Shown piece after piece: positions 1 to 8,461 of a stretch of 64,000 nucleotides of DNA. The translations under genes were made by a program, and so were the position numbers. The notes under the pieces are model-generated. The model worked only from the letters and a program-made list of their open reading frames with translations, did not search any database and was not told where the DNA came from. This DNA comes from an uncultured Pseudomonadota bacterium (GTDB lineage Bacteria > Pseudomonadota > Gammaproteobacteria > Natronospirales > REEB76): NCBI GenBank assembly GCA_963817285.1, contig CAWFOE010000019.1, positions 3,693 through 67,692 of the forward strand, read 5' to 3'. Position 1 is the stretch's first letter; each line of letters starts with the position of its first letter.

Positions 1-260
1 GCATAGGCCTTGCGGAAGAGTCCCAGGGTGCGGACCAGGAGTTCAGGATCGGGTTCGCCGCTCTTCTCGCCCGTGAGCACGCGCTTCAAGAGCCGCGTCA
101 CCCCGTCCCCCACCCAGCTGCCCACGAGATCGCTGCCCAAAGGGGGCAGGCCTAACTCATGTAGGGTTTGTTCAACGGCGAAAACTATATCTGGCAGGCT
201 GTCCACCAGCGTGCCGTCTAAATCAAAGGCCACTAATCGTATCGATTGAATAGAAGTCAT
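1..260 (-). CDS. gph: phosphoglycolate phosphatase (HAD superfamily), N-terminal part; gene runs off the left edge
   Basis: Own translation of the minus strand from the ATG at 260: MTSIQSIRLVAFDLDGTLVDSLPDIVFAVEQTLHELGLPPLGSDLVGSWVGDGVTRLLKRVL... HAD motif I is DLDGTL. It lies directly downstream of rpe, as in the common rpe-gph arrangement. It is absent from the ORF track because no stop falls in the window. Confidence 0.75.
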   Translation of the reverse strand, partial: MTSIQSIRLVAFDLDGTLVDSLPDIVFAVEQTLHELGLPPLGSDLVGSWVGDGVTRLLKRVLTGEKSGEPDPELLVRTLGLFRKAY

Positions 261-386
261 TTAAAACCGTCGCGAGCGCAGGCAGGACGAGGCTCGCGAG
301 GCGAGCATACCGGAGCGTACTCTTGTGTACGTGAGGATTGCGAGCCGGAGCGCAACAAAGTCATGACAAGCGCAGCAGGTTTTAAA
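260..386. repeat. REP/MITE-like intergenic element bounded by terminal inverted repeats TTTAAAACC / GGTTTTAAA
   Basis: TTTAAAACC at 260-268 and its reverse complement GGTTTTAAA at 378-386 bracket a GC-rich interior. The interior has internal complementarity (CGCGAGC...GCTCGCG). It also holds a 27-nt core (310-336) that recurs inverted at 9999-10025. Confidence 0.5.
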
Positions 387-392
387 TGGCTT

Positions 393-1062
393 CTAGGCTT
401 TGGATAGCTCGTCGCGCATCTGCTTAATGACCGCCTTGTAGTCTTTCGCGCCGAAGATGGCGGAACCTGCTACGAAGGTATCGGCGCCGGCGGCGGCGAT
501 CTCGCGGATGTTGTCCGCCTTCACCCCGCCGTCGATCTCCAGGCGGATGTTGCGACCACTGGCGCGGATCATCTCCCGGGCCTGCTTCAGCTTGTCCAGG
601 CTCGAGCGGATGAAGGATTGCCCGCCGAAGCCGGGATTCACCGACATGATGAGCACCATGTCCACCTTGTCCATCACGTACTGCAGATAGTCGAGGGGCG
701 TCGCCGGGTTGAACACCAGGCCGGCTTTGCAGCCGCTGTCGTGGATCAGCGAGAGCGTGCGGTCCACGTGCTCGCTGGCTTCGGGGTGGAAGGTGATGTA
801 GTTGGCGCCCGCCTTGGCGAAGTCCGGCACGATGCGGTCCACCGGGCTTCACCATCAGATGCACGTCGATGGGCGCCTTGATGCCGCGCTTGCGCAGGGC
901 TTCGCACACCACCGGGCCGATGGTGAGGTTCGGCACGTAGTGGTTGTCCATCACGTCGAAATGGATCATGTCCGCGCCGGCCGCCAGCACGGCTTCGACT
1001 TCTTCACCCAGTCGCGCGAAATCGGCCGAGAGGATGGATGGGGCGATGAGGAAGTCGGACAT
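393..1062 (-). pseudogene. rpe: ribulose-phosphate 3-epimerase, reading frame broken by a 1-nt insertion near 843 (or a sequence error)
   Basis: The N-terminal half ([21 protein letters not shown]...IDVHLMVKP) is in ORF 424..1092. The C-terminal half ([22 protein letters not shown]...[11 protein letters not shown]...) is in ORF 393..842. The minus strand reads ctgatggtgaagcccGgtggaccgc; removing one G restores LMVKPVDRIV. Confidence 0.85.
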
Positions 1063-1221
1063 GGCTGGCCTTATAGGCGTGCGTTGTGTCACATTTTAAC
1101 CGAAGCTGGCGGCGTTTTAGGCCTCGTGAACGGATGATTAGGCACAGGCCCGACAGCGCTGCTACCATCTGGCCACACCAACCGGCCAGCCCGGGATATA
1201 TGAGCTAATGGGAGCCGCACC

Positions 1222-1686
1222 ATGTCCGCCCTAGCGATCACCCTGCACGTCCTCGCCGCCATCATCTGGGTAGGCGGCATGTTCTTCGGGTTCCTGGCGG
1301 TGCGCCCGGCACTGGCGGACGTGGATACCAAGCAGCGCGCCCGCCTGTGGGTCGGCATCTTCCGCCGCTTCTTCCCCTGGGTCTGGGGCTGCATCGTGGT
1401 GTTGCTGGGCAGCGGGTTCTACCTGGCTTCAGACGCCTTCGACGGTCTCGCCCATGCCCCGGTCTTCGTGCACGTGATGATGGGCCTCGGCATCTTGATG
1501 ATGCTGCTCTTCGGGCATCTCTTCTTCGCGCCCTACAAGCGGCTGAAACAGGCGGTGGCGACGGGTGACGATGAGCTGGCCAAGAAATCTATGGCGCAGA
1601 TCCGCTCACCATGGGCGGTGAATCTGAGTCTTGGCTTGGTTGTGGTGCTCGTAGCCATGCTCGGCTCGTTCACCGCTTTCAACTAA
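1222..1686 (+). CDS. small polytopic inner-membrane protein (CopD-like / DUF-type)
   Basis: 154-aa ORF with about 4 hydrophobic helices. The N-terminal LHVLAAIIWVGGMFF motif resembles the CopD-domain family. Codon usage is GC-rich like its neighbours. Confidence 0.5.
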   Translation: MSALAITLHVLAAIIWVGGMFFGFLAVRPALADVDTKQRARLWVGIFRRFFPWVWGCIVVLLGSGFYLASDAFDGLAHAPVFVHVMMGLGILMMLLFGHLFFAPYKRLKQAVATGDDELAKKSMAQIRSPWAVNLSLGLVVVLVAMLGSFTAFN

Positions 1687-2465
1687 GCGGGCTTCACAGC
1701 CACCACATTTATAAGCGTCTCTTTCCGCTTGCCCGGTGGCGGCGGCGACTTGATGTGCAGGCGCTCCAGCAGGCCGAAGTCCTTGGCCCGGCTCCACCAT
1801 AGATAGGGATAAGACACGTTACGGGGTGTGAACGCGAACCCTGCCTGCCCGATCAGCTGCAAGTACTCTTCCGCGGTCTTCTGCACATGCATGGGATGGC
1901 GGAACAGGAGACGGATGACCCAGGAGTAGATGTACTCCCGGGTCGACTCAGCGATCAGCAACACCCCGCCCGGCTTCAGCACCCGATGGAATTCCGCCAG
2001 GGTCGCTTCCTGGCGCACCAGGTGATGCAGGGTCTGGTGGCAGAACACCATGTCCACCGAGGCATCCAGCAGATCCATGGCGGCGAGGTCGTTGGCCAGG
2101 AGTTCCGCTTTGATGTCGTGGCGTTGCGCTTCCTGGTCGGCCAGATCGAGGCCCGCATCGTCCACGTCCACGCCGATGATCTGCTCGGGCTTGAAGTGCG
2201 TCGCCAGGGCGTGGAAAGCCTTGCCCTGTCCGCAACCCGCATCCAGGATCACTGGGTAGGAGGTACGGCGGTCATCGATCAAGCCCACGAGATCATCCAG
2301 CGCCACTTCCACCACCCGCTTCTCCCAGGTCAGAGTACCCAGGAACCAGAAGCCGAAGCGGCTCTCCTGTACGTAGTCGCTGCGTAGCTCAGCCGCGTCC
2401 GGTGCCGGCATCCTGCCTGCCGCCTGCTCGGCGGACTTCTCAATCTTCTGGTCCAAGCTCGTCAT
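1683..2465 (-). CDS. class I SAM-dependent methyltransferase
   Basis: 260-aa ORF with SAM-binding motif I (ILDAGCGQGKAF) and the post-I/II region (VLKPGGVLLIAE). It has a 4-nt overlap with djlA upstream. Confidence 0.8.
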   Translation of the reverse strand: MTSLDQKIEKSAEQAAGRMPAPDAAELRSDYVQESRFGFWFLGTLTWEKRVVEVALDDLVGLIDDRRTSYPVILDAGCGQGKAFHALATHFKPEQIIGVDVDDAGLDLADQEAQRHDIKAELLANDLAAMDLLDASVDMVFCHQTLHHLVRQEATLAEFHRVLKPGGVLLIAESTREYIYSWVIRLLFRHPMHVQKTAEEYLQLIGQAGFAFTPRNVSYPYLWWSRAKDFGLLERLHIKSPPPPGKRKETLINVVAVKPA

Positions 2466-3259
2466 TTCATCCCTCGTGAACGTTTGATGGTCTCGTAAGC
2501 CACGTTGATCTGCTGCACTTTCTCTTGCGCCATCTTCATCATGGCTTCCGGCAAGCCGCGGGCCACCAGCTTGTCCGGATGGTTCTCTTTCATCAGACGC
2601 CGATAAGCCGTCTTCACGTCTGCATCCGAAGCCTGGGGGCTCACCCCCAGAGTCTGGTATGCGGAGCCCAGCGGATCATGGCGCGCCGTGCGAGGTTCTG
2701 ACCCGCCGGCGCCACGATAGTTCTGCTGCGCGCCGATGAATTGCTCGTACTGGCGCATCTCGAACTCGGAGATGCCGAGCGCAAGGCAGATGAGCCCGAA
2801 GACACGGCGCTCAGCCGGATGCAGCGTGCCCTCCGCCAAGGCCGCATGCAGCTGGATCTGCAGGAACATGCGCATCATGTCGTGGCGGCCGCGGCAGGCT
2901 TCCCGGAAGCGGGTCAGCTCAGCCTCCAGGTTGAAATCCGGCTGCTTGCCCCGGTTGAAGAGCTCCACGGCCTGGCGCTGTTGCTCGGCGTTGAGGTTCA
3001 TGTGCGCCATCACGGCGCGAGCCGCCCGTATCTCGTCTGCCGAGACCACGCCGTCGGCCTTGGCGATATGTCCCATCACCGCGAAGGTAGCGGTGAAGAA
3101 CGCCTCCTGGGCACGGGCCGAGTCATAGGCGCTCCAGCCGCCACGGGACACGCCCACGGACACGCTCTGGCCCAAGATGGCGCCCACGAATGCACCGAAG
3201 GGGCCGCCGACCATCCAGCCCAGCACCGCTCCGATCACAAGACCCAGCCAATTCGTCAT
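2462..3259 (-). CDS. djlA: co-chaperone DjlA (N-terminal TM helix, TerB-like middle, C-terminal J domain)
   Basis: 265 aa. Gly-rich TM N-terminus (WLGLVIGAVLGWMVGGPFGAFVGAILG). The C-terminal J domain carries the HPD motif (YRRLMKENHPDKLVARGLPEAMMKMAQEK). Confidence 0.85.
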   Translation of the reverse strand: MTNWLGLVIGAVLGWMVGGPFGAFVGAILGQSVSVGVSRGGWSAYDSARAQEAFFTATFAVMGHIAKADGVVSADEIRAARAVMAHMNLNAEQQRQAVELFNRGKQPDFNLEAELTRFREACRGRHDMMRMFLQIQLHAALAEGTLHPAERRVFGLICLALGISEFEMRQYEQFIGAQQNYRGAGGSEPRTARHDPLGSAYQTLGVSPQASDADVKTAYRRLMKENHPDKLVARGLPEAMMKMAQEKVQQINVAYETIKRSRGMK

Positions 3260-3334
3260 CCGTGGCCCGTTATGCTTTTTGACGCGTGATTAATTAGGAT
3301 AAGATGCCAAGCTTATGCAGCCGCAGGACAGCCC

Positions 3335-4228
3335 ATGACCGCCCCGCAGCCCGTCGTGTTCGAAACCAATCTGAGGACCCTGCCGCTGGTGCACCGCGGC
3401 AAAGTGCGGGACATCTACGACGCGGGCCCAGAGCACCTGCTCATCGTCACCAGCGACCGGCTCTCGGCCTTCGACGTGGTGCTGCCCGATCCCATACCGG
3501 GCAAAGGCGCCGTACTGAACGGGATATCGCGTTTCTGGTTCCAAAAGACGGCGCACATTATACCCAACCAGCTCACCGACCTTGCCATCGAGGACGTGAT
3601 CAAGGATCCGGAGGAGCAGGCGCTGCTGAGGGGCCGTGCCGTCATCGTCAAGAAACTAAGGGCCCTGCCCGTGGAAGCCGTGGCCCGCGGCTATCTCATC
3701 GGCTCCGGCTGGAAGGACTACCAGGCCACCGGCGCCGTCTGCGGCCTGCCCCTGCCCCGGGGCCTGACCCTCGCTGAGCGCCTCCCTGAGACCCTCTTCA
3801 CCCCCGCCAGCAAGGCCCCCAGGGGCCAGCACGACGAGAACATCGACTTCTACCAGGTGCAGTCGCTCCTGGGCGAGATCCTGGCCGAGCAGATGCGGGA
3901 CGCCACTCTCAAGATCTATGAGTTTGCGTCGCGGTACGCCCTGGAACGCGGCATCATCATCGCCGACACCAAACTCGAGTTCGGCGTGGATAAAGCGGGC
4001 CAACTCTTCCTCATAGATGAAGTGCTGACCCCGGATTCATCGCGCTTCTGGCCGGCGGACACCTATAAGGCTGGCATCAGCCCGCCCTCCTACGACAAGC
4101 AGTTCGTGCGGGATTACCTCGAGACCCTGGATTGGCCCAAGAAGCCGCCGGCACCGAAGGTGCCCGCCGAGATCATCGCCAAGACCGCCGAGAAATACCA
4201 GGAAGCCTACGACCGTCTTACCCGATGA
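3335..4228 (+). CDS. purC: phosphoribosylaminoimidazole-succinocarboxamide (SAICAR) synthase, long form
   Basis: 297 aa with typical PurC segments: GKVRDIY...[13 protein letters not shown] and [11 protein letters not shown]...[14 protein letters not shown]. Confidence 0.9.
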   Translation: MTAPQPVVFETNLRTLPLVHRGKVRDIYDAGPEHLLIVTSDRLSAFDVVLPDPIPGKGAVLNGISRFWFQKTAHIIPNQLTDLAIEDVIKDPEEQALLRGRAVIVKKLRALPVEAVARGYLIGSGWKDYQATGAVCGLPLPRGLTLAERLPETLFTPASKAPRGQHDENIDFYQVQSLLGEILAEQMRDATLKIYEFASRYALERGIIIADTKLEFGVDKAGQLFLIDEVLTPDSSRFWPADTYKAGISPPSYDKQFVRDYLETLDWPKKPPAPKVPAEIIAKTAEKYQEAYDRLTR

Positions 4229-4859
4229 CCTGCCTCAGCCGGATCACTTCCGGGCTGAAGATATCCGGCCAGAACCACACGAGCGCAAGCAACCCCGCCC
4301 CCGCCACGATGAGCGAGACGCGATCCATCAGCCGGTTCGATTCCAGATAGAAAGGCGCCAGCCCCAGGAAGGCCACGAGATACGCGCTCGCGAGATAGAT
4401 CACCGCCGTGGCATAGGCCTTCCAGCGGGACACCGGGTCCGCGGCGAACATCACCACCGCCAGCGCCAAGACCACCCCCGACTGCATCACGATGGAATTG
4501 CGCACACTGAAGACCACCTTGATGGCCAAAGGCGGTATATAGCCTTTCTGGAATGACGTGCATCCCACCAGGATGAACTCCGCGCCGATGAGCGCCACCA
4601 TGAGGCTCGCCATCACGATCAGGGTGCTAGGGTTCAGGGCGCCGGTCACGAAGTTGTAGAACACGTCGTAGGCATCGCTATGCATGCGTCGCATCAGGAA
4701 GAGCGCCACCAGGGTGAGTGCGATGTTCACCACGTAGCTGAAGAGAGTGCTGAGGAAATCCTTGAAGATGGCGAGCCTGAAGAGACTCATCACATCCATC
4801 ACGCTCGTGGCGGTACGTGCAAACATGGCACTACTCCCTACTCTTTCTTGGTTGCCCAA
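4218..4859 (-). CDS. polytopic membrane protein, unknown family
   Basis: 213-aa ORF with 5-6 hydrophobic segments. It is convergent with purC and overlaps the next gene by about 22 nt. I recognise no motif. Confidence 0.45.
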   Translation of the reverse strand: MGNQERVGSSAMFARTATSVMDVMSLFRLAIFKDFLSTLFSYVVNIALTLVALFLMRRMHSDAYDVFYNFVTGALNPSTLIVMASLMVALIGAEFILVGCTSFQKGYIPPLAIKVVFSVRNSIVMQSGVVLALAVVMFAADPVSRWKAYATAVIYLASAYLVAFLGLAPFYLESNRLMDRVSLIVAGAGLLALVWFWPDIFSPEVIRLRQVIG

Positions 4860-5638
4860 TCCGATATCACTTTATGGATCGCGTTCACGCCATCGGTGAG
4901 CGCCGCCGGCCCCGGCTGGAGAATGATGGAAGATTTGATCTCATGGAGTTCTCCGTCCCGCACCGCCGGCACCGCTGCCCAACCCGGGCGCGCTGCCACT
5001 TCCTTGGGGCGGAACTTCTTGCCGCACCATGACCCTAAGATGATGTCCGGCTGACGACGGATCACTTCTGTGGGGTCCGCGATGATGCGATGTTTCCCGA
5101 GGGATTCTTTCGCCAGCTCCGGGAATACATCGATGCCCCCGGCGATGCCGACCAGCTCCGAGACCCAGGCGATGCCCGAGATCTGGGGCTCATCCCATTC
5201 CTCGAAATACACCCGGGGATGCCGGGGCAGGCGCTTCGCGGCCGCCCGTAGTCGCTCCAGGCCCGCGTCCAGTTCCGCCATGAGGGTCCGAGTCTTGGCC
5301 TCGCAACCGATCATGCCGCCCAGGGTCCCGATCATGCGGAAGATGTCGTCCACCGAGCGGTGATTGAAGATGTGCACCTCGATACCGCGCCGCACCAGAT
5401 CGGCCGCGATGTCCGCCTGCAAGTCCGAGAAGCCCAGCACCAGGTCCGGTTTCAAGGCCGCGATCTTGTCCAGCTTCGCGCTGGTGAAGGCGGAGACTTT
5501 AGGTTTATCCCGCCGCGCCTCGGGCGGGCGCACGGTGAAGCCTGAGATACCGACAATCCGAGCCTGCTCTCCCAAGAGATACAGCGTCTCGGTGGTCTCC
5601 TCCGTGAGGCAGACGATGCGTTCGGGATAGCGGGCCAT
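4838..5638 (-). CDS. cobalamin/iron-siderophore-type ABC substrate-binding protein (Peripla_BP_2-like), no obvious signal peptide
   Basis: 266 aa. RIVCLTEETTETLYLLG...KPDLVLGF...DIILGSWCG is the pattern of BtuF/FhuD-class binding proteins. Confidence 0.6.
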   Translation of the reverse strand: MARYPERIVCLTEETTETLYLLGEQARIVGISGFTVRPPEARRDKPKVSAFTSAKLDKIAALKPDLVLGFSDLQADIAADLVRRGIEVHIFNHRSVDDIFRMIGTLGGMIGCEAKTRTLMAELDAGLERLRAAAKRLPRHPRVYFEEWDEPQISGIAWVSELVGIAGGIDVFPELAKESLGKHRIIADPTEVIRRQPDIILGSWCGKKFRPKEVAARPGWAAVPAVRDGELHEIKSSIILQPGPAALTDGVNAIHKVISDWATKKE

Positions 5639-5703
5639 GGAAATCCCAAGACGGCGGGGGTGAACAGGATAACGCAGGGAGAAGCAGGATAAACTGCGGT
5701 CCT

Positions 5704-6714
5704 ATGGAAGATGAAGCCTCACCCAACACGCCCTACGCCGGCCTCACGCCCGATGCGCTGCTGAATGCCGTGGATAGCGCCGGTTACCACACCGATGGCA
5801 CTCTCCTGGCCCTCAACAGCTATGAGAACCGTGTATATCAAGTGGGCGTGGATGGCGGGCCACCCCTCATCGCCAAGTTCTACCGTCCCGGTCGCTGGAC
5901 CGATGCCGCCATCCTGGAAGAGCACGCCTTCGCGGCGGAGCTGGCCGAGCAGGAGATCCCCGTGGTGCCGGCCCTGGTGGATGCCAAAGGCAACACGCTG
6001 CATCACCATGCGGGTTATCGCTTCGCCCTCTTCAAGCGCCAGGGCGGCCGCGCGCCGGATCTGGAGCGGCCGGACAATCTGGAGTGGCTGGGCCGTTTCC
6101 TGGGCCGCATCCACGCCGTGGGCGCCGCACGCCCCTTCCGGCACCGGCATGTGATCGATGCCGAGACCTACGGACGCATCCCCCGGGACTGGCTCATGGA
6201 GAGCCGCTATATCCCACTGGAACTGAAGCCGCGATATAAGGAAGTGACGGATCTGCTCCTCACCGGCATCGCTCGCTGCTATGAGCGGGCCGGCAAGATC
6301 CACGTGCAGCGGCTGCATGGAGACTGCCACCCGGGCAACGTGCTCTGGACCGACGATGGCCCTCACTTCGTGGACTTCGACGATTGCGGCACCGGCCCGG
6401 CGGTGCAAGACCTCTGGATGCTGCTCTCCGGCGATCGTCAGGAGATGGAGCTGCAGCTCGGCGCGGTACTGGAAGGCTATGAGCAGTTCGCTGACTTCAA
6501 TCCTTCGGAGCTCTGGCTGGTGGAAGCCATGCGGACGCTACGCATGATGCATTACGCCGCCTGGATCGCGCGCCGCTGGGATGACCCGGCCTTCCCCCGG
6601 GCTTTCCCCTGGTTCGATGGGCCGCGTTACTGGGAAGAACATCTGCAAGCGCTGCGGGAACAAGTACCGCTGCTGGATGAACCAAGCCTTCAGATAGACG
6701 CGGGCAATCGTTAG
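5704..6714 (+). CDS. srkA: stress-response serine/threonine kinase SrkA (YihE/RdoA family)
   Basis: 336 aa with NSYENRVYQV, the catalytic-loop motif LHGDCHPGNVLW, and the downstream FVDFDD motif typical of YihE-type kinases. Confidence 0.8.
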   Translation: MEDEASPNTPYAGLTPDALLNAVDSAGYHTDGTLLALNSYENRVYQVGVDGGPPLIAKFYRPGRWTDAAILEEHAFAAELAEQEIPVVPALVDAKGNTLHHHAGYRFALFKRQGGRAPDLERPDNLEWLGRFLGRIHAVGAARPFRHRHVIDAETYGRIPRDWLMESRYIPLELKPRYKEVTDLLLTGIARCYERAGKIHVQRLHGDCHPGNVLWTDDGPHFVDFDDCGTGPAVQDLWMLLSGDRQEMELQLGAVLEGYEQFADFNPSELWLVEAMRTLRMMHYAAWIARRWDDPAFPRAFPWFDGPRYWEEHLQALREQVPLLDEPSLQIDAGNR

Positions 6715-6752
6715 CTATTATGGATACGGCAGTTCAGAGAGGTCTATGACTC

Positions 6753-7190
6753 ATGAAGAGTATTTCACAGATGTACAAGGTTACGGGCCGGGCGTATCTC
6801 TATCTCATAATCCTTATCTGTCAGATGCTTATATTTTTGCAGGTGGCGTTTTCGTTGATAGCGGGTTTTTATACCGTGCATGTCATCAAATCGTGGGCAG
6901 ATGGAAACATCGAGCTAATACAGTCAAAGCTCATCCCACATTTGAGCAAGCCTGACTCACACTACCACCCCATAGATATTGCCAATATGGAATTGAGCAA
7001 TTCGCAATTCGCCAGCGAAATGCTTAGTGTGGCTCAACGAGAATTCATTGATGGAGCTCTATGGTTATCCATTTTTCTAGTTTTATATATCGCTGTCCAC
7101 CTAATCTTCCCAGATGCAAAACAGCTCCGCAAAACGGAGCTATTGCCGGGTAAGCTCAAGGTACTGAACCGCCCCATAAAGTTCTGGTAA
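6753..7190 (+). CDS. hypothetical small membrane protein in an AT-rich patch
   Basis: 145-aa ORF with two hydrophobic helices (YLYLIILICQMLIFLQVAFSLIAGF and ALWLSIFLVLYIAVHLIF). It is AT-rich compared with its flanks and ends 8 nt before the CPBP protease gene. Confidence 0.4.
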   Translation: MKSISQMYKVTGRAYLYLIILICQMLIFLQVAFSLIAGFYTVHVIKSWADGNIELIQSKLIPHLSKPDSHYHPIDIANMELSNSQFASEMLSVAQREFIDGALWLSIFLVLYIAVHLIFPDAKQLRKTELLPGKLKVLNRPIKFW

Positions 7191-7197
7191 ACCGCCG

Positions 7198-7944
7198 ATG
7201 ATCCACATGGATTCATCAATAGAGACAAAGATGCCTAGCGCCAACAAAAACAGAGTCAAAGGTATTGTGGCATCCCTCTTGGGCCTGGGTTGCCTGGTGG
7301 CGGTCTATGTCCCGACTTTCCTGTTGGTGTCCCTACTGATCGGGTCCGGGGCACTCGGCACGCTGAGCAAGAGCCAGGCGCAGATCGCCGCCATCCCTCT
7401 CGTCATCCTCATCAGCGCCACACTCGCCTTGGCCGGCATGGTATTCCTGGCGCGGCGACGCGGCCTCACCCTGGCGGCCTACGGCTTCAAGACCGCTGCG
7501 CTACGCCAGTTGGCCGTCGCACTGGGTCTCGGCCTGCTGTTCGCCTTTGGGCTGCGCTTCTTAAGCAGGGTGTTGCCGCTCGGCGCATCCGCCGACCTCG
7601 GTGACCTGCAGCAATGGCAGGTCATCATCTTCTTCTGGGTGGCGGCACCCGTGCAGGAAGAGATCGTCTTCCGCGGTCTCATACAGTCCGTGGTGGAGAC
7701 CCACCATCCACTGCAACTGCGATTGGGGAAATTCAGTCTGCCCTTCTCAGTCCTGGTCTCGGCCCTGCTGTTCGGTCTCGTACACATCGCTACCGCGCGG
7801 CTGGGAGCATCATTAAGCCAGGTACTGTTCATCGTCTGCGGCGCTTTCGTGCTCGGTATCCTGGCCGGCTGGCTGCGCTGGAAGAATGGCAGCCTCCTCC
7901 CGGCCATCCTGGTGCACGCGCTTTTCAACATGCTGGCCGGGTGA
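7198..7944 (+). CDS. CPBP family intramembrane glutamic endopeptidase (CAAX protease / Abi)
   Basis: 248 aa and polytopic. CPBP motifs are present: APVQEEIVFRGL (EExxxR), FGLVH and ILVHALFNM. Confidence 0.8.
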   Translation: MIHMDSSIETKMPSANKNRVKGIVASLLGLGCLVAVYVPTFLLVSLLIGSGALGTLSKSQAQIAAIPLVILISATLALAGMVFLARRRGLTLAAYGFKTAALRQLAVALGLGLLFAFGLRFLSRVLPLGASADLGDLQQWQVIIFFWVAAPVQEEIVFRGLIQSVVETHHPLQLRLGKFSLPFSVLVSALLFGLVHIATARLGASLSQVLFIVCGAFVLGILAGWLRWKNGSLLPAILVHALFNMLAG

Positions 7945-7949
7945 GCTCC

Positions 7950-8432
7950 ATGATCCGTCCCGCCAACTCCAAAGACGTGGATGAGCTGCTCCGGTTGGAG
8001 CACGCCTGCTTCGACCATGACTTGCTGACCCGCACGGATTTCCGCAACGCCCTACGGGCGGCCAAGAGCCTGATCCTGGTGGAAGACGACGGGAGGAGCC
8101 TCGCGGCCTACGCCCTCCTGCGCATGCAGGGCCGCAAGGGGCATCTCCTCTCCCTGGCGGTGGACCCGGAGCAGCGGCGCCGGGGCCTCGGCCGGGCCCT
8201 CATCCTGGCGGCGGAAGAAGCCGCCCTCGCCCGAGGGGCGCGGCATATGCAGCTGGAATTGCGGGAAGACAACGGCGCAGCGGCGGCCCTCTATGCCTCC
8301 CTGGGCTACCGCCATCACGGCACCTGGCTCGCCTATTACGAAGATGAAAGCGACGCCCATTGCATGCAGAAGACCCTGGCCGGAGAGCCGGGGGCGGAGC
8401 CTCACAATCATGTCGGGTTTGAGATACGATAA
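7950..8432 (+). CDS. GNAT family N-acetyltransferase (RimI-like size)
   Basis: In-frame ATG at 7950 within ORF 7614..8432: MIRPANSKDVDELLRLEHACF... The acetyl-CoA motif is LAVDPEQRRRGLGRALI (Q/RxxGxG/A). Confidence 0.8.
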   Translation: MIRPANSKDVDELLRLEHACFDHDLLTRTDFRNALRAAKSLILVEDDGRSLAAYALLRMQGRKGHLLSLAVDPEQRRRGLGRALILAAEEAALARGARHMQLELREDNGAAAALYASLGYRHHGTWLAYYEDESDAHCMQKTLAGEPGAEPHNHVGFEIR

Positions 8433-8461
8433 CGCGGGGCTGATAAAGGGTTGCTGGTCAC

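Noticed and set aside
835-850. Programmed ribosomal frameshifting in rpe (and in mdtB near 26543)
   Set aside because: There is no slippery heptamer or downstream structure at the shift sites. Frame restoration needs only the deletion of one base, and many unrelated genes in the window show the same defect. Mutation or sequence error is the simpler reading.
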